Below, one piece after another: positions 6,845-15,541 of a stretch of DNA of 61,774 nt. The stretch spans positions 1 to 61,774 of the forward strand of contig JBKHJZ010000003.1 in assembly GCA_046537875.1 (NCBI GenBank). Reading direction: 5' to 3'. Below the pieces are notes generated by a model. The model saw only the letters and a list, made by a program, of their open reading frames with translations. It did not search any database and had not been told where the DNA came from. How positions within the stretch are numbered: position 1 is the stretch's first letter; every line of letters begins with the position of its first letter. The stretch comes from Acidimicrobiia bacterium (GTDB lineage Bacteria > Actinomycetota > Acidimicrobiia > Acidimicrobiales > VFJN01). The position numbers were made by a program, and so were the translations under genes.

Positions 6845-9338
6845 CGATCCCCGCAGCGAGGGCCACGGCGACCGCCGGCAGCGGCCCGTGGGCGAGCAGC
6901 AGCGGGTAGACGTCGGAGTGCGTCAGGTAGATGTAGAGCGACGCGCCGGCGACGACACCGAGCAGCCGGTTGACCGGCCGGACCAGGGCGACGGTCGGGA
7001 CCCAGGTGAGCGCCAGCAGTCCGGCCGCCACCAGCATGTTTCGTTCGGGCTGCTCGAAGTACCCGGGCACGGCGGCCACGACGAGCGCCGAGAGCAGCAC
7101 TCGCTGACGGGGGGTCGAGGCTCGTGCCGCCACCCAGCCGGCCGCGAAGAGCCAGAAGATCTCGTGGGGGCGGAAGATGGAGCGCTCGAGCTCCGGCAGC
7201 CCCAGGAGGTCGAAGCGCACGGCGAGCCCGGCGGCCAGCAGCGCCAGGGCGAACCCGTACGCATGGCGCCGCTCGGTGCGCCGAACGGCGGGCACCGCGA
7301 GGACGACCCCGAGCACCACCAGGATCTGCACGAGCGCCTCGACGAACCAGAAGCGCCACGGCGTTCCGGCACCGCCGAGCTGGCCGTTGACCAGCAGCGC
7401 GTGCACCAGCCCGAAGTCGTCGCGGGCGGCGGCGACGATCCCGATCACGCACATGCTCGGGATCGCGATGCGGGCGGTGCTCCGGGCGATGTGCCCGGCG
7501 CCCAGCTGGAACCGGGCGAAGTTGAAGCCGGCGATCCCGAGCAGCAGGTGCGCGCCGCCGGGCAGGTAGAAGAGCCCGGCGTGCGTGCCCACCACGAACA
7601 CGATCGCCAGGGCGCGCAGCACCACGTTGGTCTCGACGCGAGTGACGACACGCGACCGCGGGCGCCGGCGGGCAGCCAGGTCGCGCACCGGCGTCACGTG
7701 CCAGTCCGGTGGCAGGTGCCCGAGGGCCCGTTCGAGCCGGATCGACGTCTCCACGTACGACAGCGAGTCGCCGCCCAGGCTCACGAACGTGTCGTCGTCC
7801 TCGATGTCGGGACGGCCCAGCACCTCGGCGAGCACCGCGTGAACGGGGGAGCGGTCGGATACCGCCGTACCCGCCCGGACCCCGGCCTCGGCGCCCGCCT
7901 GCACGGCGCCGGCCTCCACGGCGCCGGCCTCCGCCTCGCGGGCCAGCTGAGCGACCACGACGTAGTCCGGCTTGCCGTTCGCCAGCCGCGGCAGCTCCGC
8001 CAGCTCGCAGACGCGCACCTGGGCCCGCGGCAGGCCGATGTGCTGCGCGATCAGTCGCCGCACGCGCTCGGTGCCGTGGCCGTGCTCGATGCCCACGATC
8101 AGCTCGCGGTCGTCGCCCGTGCACATGCTCGGCACGCCGTGCTCGTCGAGCAGGCGCTCCACCCGATCGAGGTCGATCCGCAGCCCGAACAGCTTCAGGA
8201 ACCGGCTGCGCCGGCCGACGATCTCGTAGAGGCCGTCACTCGTCCGCCGGGCGATGTCGCCGGTGCGGAGGGCGTCGATCGTGGCGCCGGCCGCCAGGTC
8301 GGACACCCGCTCGGCATAGCCGAGCATGACGTTGGGCCCCCGGTAGACCAGCTCGCCCTCCACCTGCCCGTCCCCGTTCCCGGCCGGGCCGTCGAGCGGC
8401 TCGATCGTGAACGATCCACCGGGGACCGGGATCCCGATGGCCCCCGGGTGCCGGCGCGCCAGCTCGGGTGGCAGGTACGCCATGCGGGCGGTGGCCTCCG
8501 TCTGGCCGTACATGACGTAGAAGCGCCAGCCATCGCGCTCGGCGAGCTGGGCGTAGCGCCGCACCCTGTCGGGGGCGAGCTTCCCACCGGCCTGGGTCAC
8601 GTAGCGGAGCCCGGGCAGGCGCATCTCGTCGAAGCCGATGCGGTCGAGGAGCTCGAACGTGTGGGTGACCCCGGCGAAGCTGGTGCCGCCGTGCGCGCGG
8701 AAGCTGTCCCAGAAGCACGGGTCGACCACCGAGTTGGAGGTCAGGATCAGGCCGGCACCCCGCAGCAGGTGGCTGTTGATCACCGACAGGCCGTAGCAGT
8801 AGGCCATCGGCAGCGACGTGACGGCCCGGTCGCTCTCCCGGATGTCGAGGTACTGGGCGATCGACTCGGCGTTCGCCTGCAGGTTCCGGTGCGAGAGCCG
8901 GACCAGCTTCGACGCACCGGTCGATCCCGAGGTGGTGAGCAGCAGAGCCAGGTCGGGGTGGAGCCGGTGGGGGGAGGCCGGCCGCCGGATCGAGAGCTCC
9001 CAGCCTGCGCCCGTGCCCGACAGCACGACGTCGGGGTCGTACGTCCGCACCAGCGACCGGAGGTGCGACCGGTTGCCGTCCGGGACGAGCAGCACCGGGT
9101 GCCTCGCGTGCAGGGCCGCCAGGTAGGTGACCACCGGCTCGGGGTCGTTCGCCGCGGCGATCAGCACCAGCTTCCGTCCGGTGCCCAGGCGGGCGGCCGT
9201 GTCCCGAACCCGCGCCGCCAGCTCCTCGTAGGAGATGTGCATCCCCCGGTGGATGATGGCGCGGCGGTCCCCGTGGGCATCCAGGTTGTCGGCGAACGAG
9301 GCGGCGGGCCGGTCCAGCAGGGGCGCGGTGGCAGACAT
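6786..9338 (-). CDS. Tri-domain protein: AMP-dependent adenylation domain + carrier (PCP/ACP-like) domain + C-terminal polytopic membrane acyltransferase-3-like domain
   Basis: Adenylation motifs: LLLTTSGSTGASKLV, YGQTEAT, GELVYRGPNVMLGY, RTGDIARR, GRRSRFLKLFGLRIDL, NGKPDY. Ppant site FVSLGGDSLSYVE (Ser at about aa 525, nt about 7764-7766). About 285 aa of hydrophobic helices follow, starting VETNVVLRALAIVFVVGTHAG, which is like AT3 TM1 with a conserved His. Confidence 0.85.
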   Translation of the reverse strand: MSATAPLLDRPAASFADNLDAHGDRRAIIHRGMHISYEELAARVRDTAARLGTGRKLVLIAAANDPEPVVTYLAALHARHPVLLVPDGNRSHLRSLVRTYDPDVVLSGTGAGWELSIRRPASPHRLHPDLALLLTTSGSTGASKLVRLSHRNLQANAESIAQYLDIRESDRAVTSLPMAYCYGLSVINSHLLRGAGLILTSNSVVDPCFWDSFRAHGGTSFAGVTHTFELLDRIGFDEMRLPGLRYVTQAGGKLAPDRVRRYAQLAERDGWRFYVMYGQTEATARMAYLPPELARRHPGAIGIPVPGGSFTIEPLDGPAGNGDGQVEGELVYRGPNVMLGYAERVSDLAAGATIDALRTGDIARRTSDGLYEIVGRRSRFLKLFGLRIDLDRVERLLDEHGVPSMCTGDDRELIVGIEHGHGTERVRRLIAQHIGLPRAQVRVCELAELPRLANGKPDYVVVAQLAREAEAGAVEAGAVQAGAEAGVRAGTAVSDRSPVHAVLAEVLGRPDIEDDDTFVSLGGDSLSYVETSIRLERALGHLPPDWHVTPVRDLAARRRPRSRVVTRVETNVVLRALAIVFVVGTHAGLFYLPGGAHLLLGIAGFNFARFQLGAGHIARSTARIAIPSMCVIGIVAAARDDFGLVHALLVNGQLGGAGTPWRFWFVEALVQILVVLGVVLAVPAVRRTERRHAYGFALALLAAGLAVRFDLLGLPELERSIFRPHEIFWLFAAGWVAARASTPRQRVLLSALVVAAVPGYFEQPERNMLVAAGLLALTWVPTVALVRPVNRLLGVVAGASLYIYLTHSDVYPLLLAHGPLPAVAVALAAGIVTWSVVQRVTAWVEARVRW

Positions 9339-9469
9339 CGGCCGGCACGTTATTAGGGTTGCCTAACAGCTGTCGAGAGGGTCAGCTTTCACTCGTCTCC
9401 TCGCACCGGGGTCGATGTGACGGGCGTCGCATGGCAGGGTTGGAGCCGCACTCAGGGGGGAGGTCCACG

Positions 9470-10741
9470 ATGACGGTTCGCCAGCGGGACGCCGAGGAGC
9501 TGGGGCTTCCGGCAGCGGATCCGGAGTCGGTGGGCATCGATCCGGTCCGGATCGCCCGCATCGACGACCACCTGCGCCGGCGCTACCTGGAGCCGGGCAA
9601 GATCGCCGGCTGCCAGGTGCTCGTGGCCCGCCACGGCCGGCTGGTGCACGCCTCGACCATGGGGGTGCGGGACCGGGAGCGTGGCGTGCCCGTCACCCCG
9701 GACACGATCTGGCGGCTCTACTCCATGACCAAGCCGATCACCGGCGTGGCCCTTCTCACCCTCTACGAGCGGGCCCTGTTCCGCCTCAGCGATCCAGTCG
9801 AGCGGTTCATCCCCGAGCTCGGCGGGCTGAAGGTGAGAGAGAGGCTCGACGACGGCACCCGCCGGCTGGTCGAACCCGAGCGGCCCATGTCGGTGCGCGA
9901 CGCCCTGATGCACATGACCGGCATCGGCCTCGGCCCGCCCGGTGCCCGTCTCGACCCGTCCACCATCGGCACGCGCCCGCCCGGGAGCCGGCTCGGCACG
10001 GGGGCGACCCTCCAGACGCTGGTCGAGCGCCTCGGCGAGGAGCCCCTCCGCTTCCATCCCGGCACCCGCTGGCTGTACTCGTGGTCGACAGACGTGTGCG
10101 CCCGCCTCGTCGAGGTGATCTCGGGTCGGCGTTTCGACGACTACCTGCGGGACACGATCTTCGAGCCGCTCGGCATGGTGGACACCGGCTTCCACGTGCC
10201 CGAGTCCGGCGCGGATCGCTTCGCCGCCCTCTACGGGCGCGACGCCCACAAGCGGCTGGCCCTGCTCGACGATCCGGCCACGAGCCGGCTGCTCCGCCCG
10301 GTGTCGTTCCTGTCCGGGGGCGGGGGGCTGGTGGGGACGGCCGCCGACTACCTGCGGTTCGCCCAGATGCTGCTCGGCGGCGGAGCGCTCGACGGCATCA
10401 GGATCCTCGCCCCGCGCACCGTGGAGCTGATGGCCAGCAACCACCTCCCCGGGGGTGGCGACCTGCGCAGCGTCGCCCTGCCCGGCGGCTACGGCGAGGT
10501 CGGCTTCGACGGGATGGGCTTCGGGCTCACCGTGGCCGTCAGCAAGGGCCCGGTGGCCACGGGGACGCTCGGCCCCGCCGGCCTGTTCCTGTGGGGCGGC
10601 GCCGCGTCCACCCTGTTCTGGGTCGACCCGGTCGAGGACCTCGTCGTGGTCTTCATGACCCAGCTCATCCCGTCGGGCACGTTCGACTTCCGGGGCCAGC
10701 TCACGTCGCTCGCCTACGCCGCCATCGTCGACCGCGCGTAG
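9470..10741 (+). CDS. Serine hydrolase, class C beta-lactamase/esterase-like
   Basis: The ATG at 9470 is preceded by GGGGGGAGG. SxxK motif in RLYSMTKPITGVALLTLYE. C-terminal ...GGAASTLFWVDPVEDLVVVFMTQL is typical of the family. Confidence 0.85.
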   Translation: MTVRQRDAEELGLPAADPESVGIDPVRIARIDDHLRRRYLEPGKIAGCQVLVARHGRLVHASTMGVRDRERGVPVTPDTIWRLYSMTKPITGVALLTLYERALFRLSDPVERFIPELGGLKVRERLDDGTRRLVEPERPMSVRDALMHMTGIGLGPPGARLDPSTIGTRPPGSRLGTGATLQTLVERLGEEPLRFHPGTRWLYSWSTDVCARLVEVISGRRFDDYLRDTIFEPLGMVDTGFHVPESGADRFAALYGRDAHKRLALLDDPATSRLLRPVSFLSGGGGLVGTAADYLRFAQMLLGGGALDGIRILAPRTVELMASNHLPGGGDLRSVALPGGYGEVGFDGMGFGLTVAVSKGPVATGTLGPAGLFLWGGAASTLFWVDPVEDLVVVFMTQLIPSGTFDFRGQLTSLAYAAIVDRA

Positions 10742-10810
10742 GATTGACCCGCAGGTCAGCCCACACATCAGCCCGACGGCCCCGCGCCGGCACACCGAGG
10801 GGGAGCATCC

Positions 10811-11959
10811 ATGGAGACCCGAGCCGCCATCCTCTGGGAGCCCAACACCGAGTGGAGCGTCGAGGACATCGAGCTCGACGCACCGAAGGCGGGCGAGGTC
10901 AAGGTCCAGCTCGCCGCCTCGGGCCTGTGCCACTCCGACGAGCACCTCCTCACCGGCGACATGGTGCTCGACCCCGAGATGGCCGCCATGCTGGGCGTGC
11001 AGCAGTTCCCGGTGATCGGCGGCCACGAGGGCGCGGGCACGGTCGTCGAGGCGGGACCGGGGGTCTCGACGCTGAAGGAGGGCGACCCGGTGTCGCTCGG
11101 CTTCATCCCCTCGTGCGGCCGGTGCCCGTCGTGCGCCCGCGGCTGGCAGCACCTGTGCGATCTGGGCGCGCTGCTCCTCGCCGGGCGCCAGGTGTCCGAC
11201 ATGACCGCCCGCCACCACGCCAAGGACGGGCGTGACCTCGGGCTCATGTGCTGCCTCGGCACGTTCTCGCCGGTCACGGTGGTGAACGAGGCGAGCTGCA
11301 TCAAGCTCGACGACGACATCCCGCTCGACCGGGCGGCGCTGGTCGGGTGCGGGGTGACCACCGGGTGGGGCGCGGCCACCAACGCGGCCGACGTGCAGCC
11401 CGGCGAGACGGTCGTGGTCATCGGCCTCGGCGGTGTGGGCATGAACGCGCTCCAGGGCGCGTCGATGGCCGGCGCCCGCTACGTCGTGGGCGTCGACCCG
11501 GTGGAGTGGAAGCGCGAGCAGGCGCCCACCTTCGGCGCCACGCACACCGCGCCCAGCATCGAGGAGGCGACCGCTCTCGTGGCCGACCTCACGTGGGGCG
11601 CGAACGCCGACAAGGCGATCCTCACCACCGGCGTCGCGGAGGGCAGCCTCATCGCCCCGATGCTGGGCCTCGTCGCCAAGGGTGGCCGGGCCGTGGTGAC
11701 GGCGGTCGCCCCCGTCAGCCAGATGGACGTGCAGCTCAACCTGTTCGAGCTGACGCTGCAGCGCAAGGAGCTGGTGGGCTGCATCTTCGGCAACGCCAAC
11801 CCGCGCCGCGACATCCCCCGGCTGCTGCGCCTCTACAAGGAGGGCAAGCTCAAGCTCGACGAGCTCGTCACCAGGAACTACTCGCTCGACGAGGTCAACC
11901 AGGGCTACCAGGACATGCGCGACGGCAGGAACATCCGTGGCGTGATCGACTACGCCTGA
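10811..11959 (+). CDS. Zinc-type alcohol dehydrogenase of the NDMA-dependent (nicotinoprotein) kind typically linked to mycofactocin
   Basis: METRAAILWEPNTEWSVEDIELDAPKAGEVKVQLAASGLCHSDEHLLTG... and structural-Zn cysteines CGRCPSCARGWQHLC. It lies directly upstream of mftA. Confidence 0.85.
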   Translation: METRAAILWEPNTEWSVEDIELDAPKAGEVKVQLAASGLCHSDEHLLTGDMVLDPEMAAMLGVQQFPVIGGHEGAGTVVEAGPGVSTLKEGDPVSLGFIPSCGRCPSCARGWQHLCDLGALLLAGRQVSDMTARHHAKDGRDLGLMCCLGTFSPVTVVNEASCIKLDDDIPLDRAALVGCGVTTGWGAATNAADVQPGETVVVIGLGGVGMNALQGASMAGARYVVGVDPVEWKREQAPTFGATHTAPSIEEATALVADLTWGANADKAILTTGVAEGSLIAPMLGLVAKGGRAVVTAVAPVSQMDVQLNLFELTLQRKELVGCIFGNANPRRDIPRLLRLYKEGKLKLDELVTRNYSLDEVNQGYQDMRDGRNIRGVIDYA

Positions 11960-11982
11960 TCGCTCGTCCGAAAGGCATCGCC

Positions 11983-12153
11983 GTGGCACTCACCAGCGAA
12001 CCGACGCACCAGCACGACACGCGGTCCGAGTCCGACGCGCCCGAGAGGCCCGAGGCGGCCGGGCTGCAGGAGTCGCACCACGAGGAGCCGCTCGCCGAGG
12101 ACGAGGTGCTCCTCGAGGAGATCTCGATCGACGGGATGTGCGGGGTCTACTGA
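11983..12153 (+). CDS. mftA: Mycofactocin precursor peptide MftA
   Basis: The reading frame ends ...AEDEVLLEEISIDGMCGVY*, the canonical MftA C-terminus (IDGMCGVY). It lies immediately upstream of mftB and mftC. The GTG at 11983 follows GAAAGG. The true start is uncertain, because no in-frame ATG exists except in the core. Confidence 0.85.
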   Translation: MALTSEPTHQHDTRSESDAPERPEAAGLQESHHEEPLAEDEVLLEEISIDGMCGVY

Positions 12154-12428
12154 GCCCGGTGCCCCTCGACGCCCCGGCCCCCCTCGAGCTGCACCCCGAC
12201 GTGGCGCTGCGCCCCGAGCCGTTCGGGGCGCTGGCGTACCACTACGGCACCCGCCGGCTGACGTTCCTGCGCTCGCCCGACCTGGTGCGGCTGGTCGAGG
12301 ATCTCGCCCGGCACCCCTCGGTCGACGACGCCCTGGCCGCGTCGCCGATCGAGGAGCGCCGCTGGCCGGCGTTCCGCACCGCCGTCGCCTCGCTGGCCGA
12401 GTCCGGCTTCCTTCGGGCCCGTGACTAG
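12138..12428 (+). CDS. mftB: Mycofactocin biosynthesis chaperone MftB (RRE-type peptide-binding protein)
   Basis: ...LHPDVALRPEPFGALAYHYGTRRLTFLRSPDLVRLVEDL... matches the MftB pattern, and it sits between mftA and mftC. Start is GTG 12138 (overlaps the mftA end) or GTG 12159. Confidence 0.85.
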   Translation: MRGLLSPVPLDAPAPLELHPDVALRPEPFGALAYHYGTRRLTFLRSPDLVRLVEDLARHPSVDDALAASPIEERRWPAFRTAVASLAESGFLRARD

Positions 12429-13551
12429 CCCGCTGGTCGACGAGCTGAAGCGGGGGCTCGACGCCCCCATCTGCCTGACGTGGGAGCTCACGTACGGGTG
12501 CAACCTGGCGTGCGTCCACTGCCTGTCGTCGTCGGGACGGCGCGATCCCCGTGAGCTGTCGACCGCCGAGGCCATGGCGGTGATCGACGAGCTCCACGCC
12601 ATGCAGGTCTTCTACGTCAACATCGGGGGCGGCGAGCCCACCATCCGGGGCGACTTCTACGACTTGGTCGACCACGCGGTGGCCCGGGGCGTGGGAGTGA
12701 AGTTCTCGACCAACGGCTCGACCATCGACGCGACCAGGGCGCAGCGGCTGGTGGGCAGCGACTACGTCGACGTCCAGGTGTCGATCGACGGGGCGACCGC
12801 GGCCACCAACGACCCGATCCGGGGTGAGGGCTCCTACGCGGCGGCGCGGCGGGCCATGGACCACCTGGCCGCGGCCGGGTTCGGCCGGTTCAAGATCAGC
12901 GTGGTGGTCACCCGCACCAACGTGGGCGAGCTCGACGCGTTCGAGGCGCTCGCCGCGCACTACGGGGCCCAGCTGCGCCTGACCCGCCTGCGCCCCTCCG
13001 GTCGCGGGGCCGACGTCTGGCACGACCTCCACCTGCTCCCCGACCAGCAGGTCCACCTCCACCGCTGGCTGGTCGACCGGCCGGACGTGCTCACCGGCGA
13101 CTCGTTCTTCCACCTCAACGCGTTGGGCGAGTCGCTGCCCGGCCTCAACCTGTGCGGCGCCGGGCGGGTGGTCTGCCTGATCGACCCGGTCGGCGACGTC
13201 TACGCCTGCCCGTTCGTGCTCCACCCCGAGTTCCGGGCCGGCAGCGTGCGGGATCCGGGCGGGTTCACCCACGTGTGGCGGAGCAGCGACCTGTTCCGCT
13301 CGCTGCGCGAGCCGCAGTCGGCCGGCGCCTGCGCGAGCTGCGGCAGCTACGACGCCTGCCAGGGCGGGTGCATGGCCGCCAAGTTCTTCACCGGGCTGCC
13401 GCTGGACGCCCCCGATCCCGAGTGCGTGCACGGCCACGGCGAGCGCGCGCTGGCCGGGGTCGCGGCCGGGTCCGCGGTGCCCCGGGGACCCGATCACGGC
13501 GCCCGCCGGGGGGCGGTTCCGGTGCGGCTCGGCCGCACCCGGCGCAATTGA
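12421..13551 (+). CDS. mftC: Mycofactocin radical SAM maturase MftC (SPASM domain)
   Basis: CLTWELTYGCNLACVHCLSS (CxxxCxxC), GGEPTIRGDF, and the C-terminal Cys-rich SPASM region CGAGRVVCLIDPVGDVYACPF...CASCGSYDACQGGC. Confidence 0.95.
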   Translation: MTSPLVDELKRGLDAPICLTWELTYGCNLACVHCLSSSGRRDPRELSTAEAMAVIDELHAMQVFYVNIGGGEPTIRGDFYDLVDHAVARGVGVKFSTNGSTIDATRAQRLVGSDYVDVQVSIDGATAATNDPIRGEGSYAAARRAMDHLAAAGFGRFKISVVVTRTNVGELDAFEALAAHYGAQLRLTRLRPSGRGADVWHDLHLLPDQQVHLHRWLVDRPDVLTGDSFFHLNALGESLPGLNLCGAGRVVCLIDPVGDVYACPFVLHPEFRAGSVRDPGGFTHVWRSSDLFRSLREPQSAGACASCGSYDACQGGCMAAKFFTGLPLDAPDPECVHGHGERALAGVAAGSAVPRGPDHGARRGAVPVRLGRTRRN

Positions 13552-13588
13552 CCGCGTCCCCCGCCGGACTGCGACACTCATCCACCTG

Positions 13589-15541
13589 ATGCGCCTGCTC
13601 GAGCCCCTCGCGTGGGGCCCGCTGACCGCCCGCAACCGCGTGGTGTTCGGCCCTCACGAGACCAACCTGGCTCGCCGGCGCGCGCTGTCGGACCGCCACG
13701 TGGCCTACTACCGGCGCCGGGCCTCGGGCGGCGCCGGGGTGATCGTGGTCGAGGAGGCCTCGGTGCACCCCAGCGACTGGCCCTACGAGCGCTGCCCGTT
13801 GGCCGCCGACTGCGCCGACGGCTGGTCGGCCATCGCCCGCGCCTGCCACGACGAGGGCGCGCTGGTGCTGGCGGCGCTGGGGCACGCCGGCGGCCAGGGG
13901 TCGAGCGCGTACAGCCAGGCGCCGCTGCTGGCGCCGTCGCGGGTGCCGGAGGTGACGACCCGAGAGGTCCCCAAGTGGATGGAGCCGGCGGACATCGCCG
14001 CGGTGGTCGACGGGTTCGCCGGGGCGGCCCGGGCCGCGGTCGCCGCGGGATGCGACGGGGTGGAGGTCAACGCCGGCCAGCACAGCCTGGTGCGCCAGTT
14101 TCTCTCGGGGCTCACCAACCACCGAGACGACGCCTGGGGGACCGACCGCCTGGCGTTCGCCCGCGAGCTGCTGGTCGCCGTGCGGGATGCGGTCGGCCCG
14201 GACGCGGTGGTGGGGTTGCGATTGTCGTGCGACGAGCTCGCGCCCTGGGCCGGGCTGACGCCCGAGGCGGCCACCGAGGTCGCGGCCGCGCTCGCCCCGC
14301 TGGTCGATCACGTCACGGTCGTGCGGGGATCGATCTACTCGACCGCGGCCACCCGCCCGGACGGCCACGTGGCGCCGGGCGTCAACCTCGACCTCGCCCG
14401 CCGGGTCAGGGGCGCGCTCCCCGCCGGCGTGGTGGTGGTGGTCCAGGGCTCGATCGTCGACGTCGGCATGGCCACCGAGGCGGTCGAGGGCGGCGCCTGC
14501 GACGCGGTCGAGATGACCCGCGCCCAGCTCGCGGACGCCCGGCTGGTCGCCAAGCTGGCCGCCGGCGAGGCCGACCGCATCCGCCCGTGCATCCTCTGCA
14601 ACCAGACCTGCCAGGTGCGGGACGTCCGGAACCCCGTCATCTCGTGCGTGGTCGACCCCCGCACGGGCCACGAGACCACCGATGCCGACGCCGACGACCC
14701 GGCCCCGGCACCGCACCCGGTCGATGTCCTCGTGGTCGGTGGCGGGCCGGCCGGGCTGGAGGCGGCCCGGGTGGCCGCGGGGCGGGGCCACCGGGTCACG
14801 CTCGCCGAGCGCGGCGACCGGCTGGGGGGCATGGTGCCGGTGGCCGCGGCCGGCGGGGGCCGGGAGCGGCTCGCCGCGGCGACCGACTGGCTGGCGGCCG
14901 AGTGCGAGCGGCTGGGGGTGAAGGTCGAGACCGGCCGGGAGATCACGGCGGCCGACCTCGCCGGTGTGGGAGAGACCGGCCGGGTGGTGCTCTGCACCGG
15001 CTCGCTGCCCGGGCGGCGCAGCTACGAGGTGGACGAGGGGGCCACGGCGGTCACGGCCGCCGAGGCGCTCACTCCCGGGTCGTCCCTCCCGTCCGACCCG
15101 TCCGGCGGGGCCGTGCTCGTCTGGGACCCGATCGGCGGACCGATCGGCATCTCGGTGGCCGAGCGCCTGCGCGCCGAGGGGCGCGACGTCGTCCTCGCCA
15201 CCCCCGACCTGGTCCCGGGCAACGAGCTGTCGCGCACCGGTGACCTGGCGCCCGCCAACGCCCGGATGCAGGCCGCGGGCGTGGTGCTCGCCCGCCGGAC
15301 GCTGCTGCGCACCGTGCGGGCTGGCGAGGTGGAGCTCGAGGACCGCTTCACCGGCGAGCGCCGCACGCTGGCCGTGGCGGCGGTGGTCGACGCCGGTCAC
15401 CGCCTGCCCGACGACCGGCTGTGGCGGGAGACCGGCGAGCGGCTGCCCGTCGCCGGTGACGCAGTGGCGCCCCGGACCATCCAGGAGGCGGTGCTGGAGG
15501 GCAGGCGCCGGGCCTTCGAGCTGGAGGCGGCCGCCCCGTGA
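13589..15541 (+). CDS. FadH/OYE-family flavin/iron-sulfur oxidoreductase (mycofactocin-system type 1)
   Basis: OYE-like N-terminus (LTARNRVVFGPHETNL...AYYRRRASGGAGVIVVEEASV). FadH-type 4Fe-4S motif IRPCILCNQTCQVRDVRNPVISC. Then a Rossmann motif VLVVGGGPAGLEAARVAAGRGHRVTLAER. Confidence 0.85.
   Translation: MRLLEPLAWGPLTARNRVVFGPHETNLARRRALSDRHVAYYRRRASGGAGVIVVEEASVHPSDWPYERCPLAADCADGWSAIARACHDEGALVLAALGHAGGQGSSAYSQAPLLAPSRVPEVTTREVPKWMEPADIAAVVDGFAGAARAAVAAGCDGVEVNAGQHSLVRQFLSGLTNHRDDAWGTDRLAFARELLVAVRDAVGPDAVVGLRLSCDELAPWAGLTPEAATEVAAALAPLVDHVTVVRGSIYSTAATRPDGHVAPGVNLDLARRVRGALPAGVVVVVQGSIVDVGMATEAVEGGACDAVEMTRAQLADARLVAKLAAGEADRIRPCILCNQTCQVRDVRNPVISCVVDPRTGHETTDADADDPAPAPHPVDVLVVGGGPAGLEAARVAAGRGHRVTLAERGDRLGGMVPVAAAGGGRERLAAATDWLAAECERLGVKVETGREITAADLAGVGETGRVVLCTGSLPGRRSYEVDEGATAVTAAEALTPGSSLPSDPSGGAVLVWDPIGGPIGISVAERLRAEGRDVVLATPDLVPGNELSRTGDLAPANARMQAAGVVLARRTLLRTVRAGEVELEDRFTGERRTLAVAAVVDAGHRLPDDRLWRETGERLPVAGDAVAPRTIQEAVLEGRRRAFELEAAAP

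Noticed and set aside
5577-9356. 1259-aa + strand ORF, with the similar giants 6565-8124 (-), 8236-9348 (-) and 9452-11989 (-)
   Set aside because: They are extremely Arg/Pro/Ala/Gly-rich with no recognisable motifs. They lie antisense or out of frame to genes with clear family signatures (HNH, A-T-AT3, serine hydrolase, ADH). These are typical long shadow ORFs of very GC-rich DNA.
9353-9366. Small inverted repeat TTAGG-gttg-CCTAA in an AT-richer patch of the divergent region between the A-T-AT3 gene and the serine hydrolase
   Set aside because: The arms are only 5 bp and do not extend. It may be part of an operator, but the evidence is insufficient.
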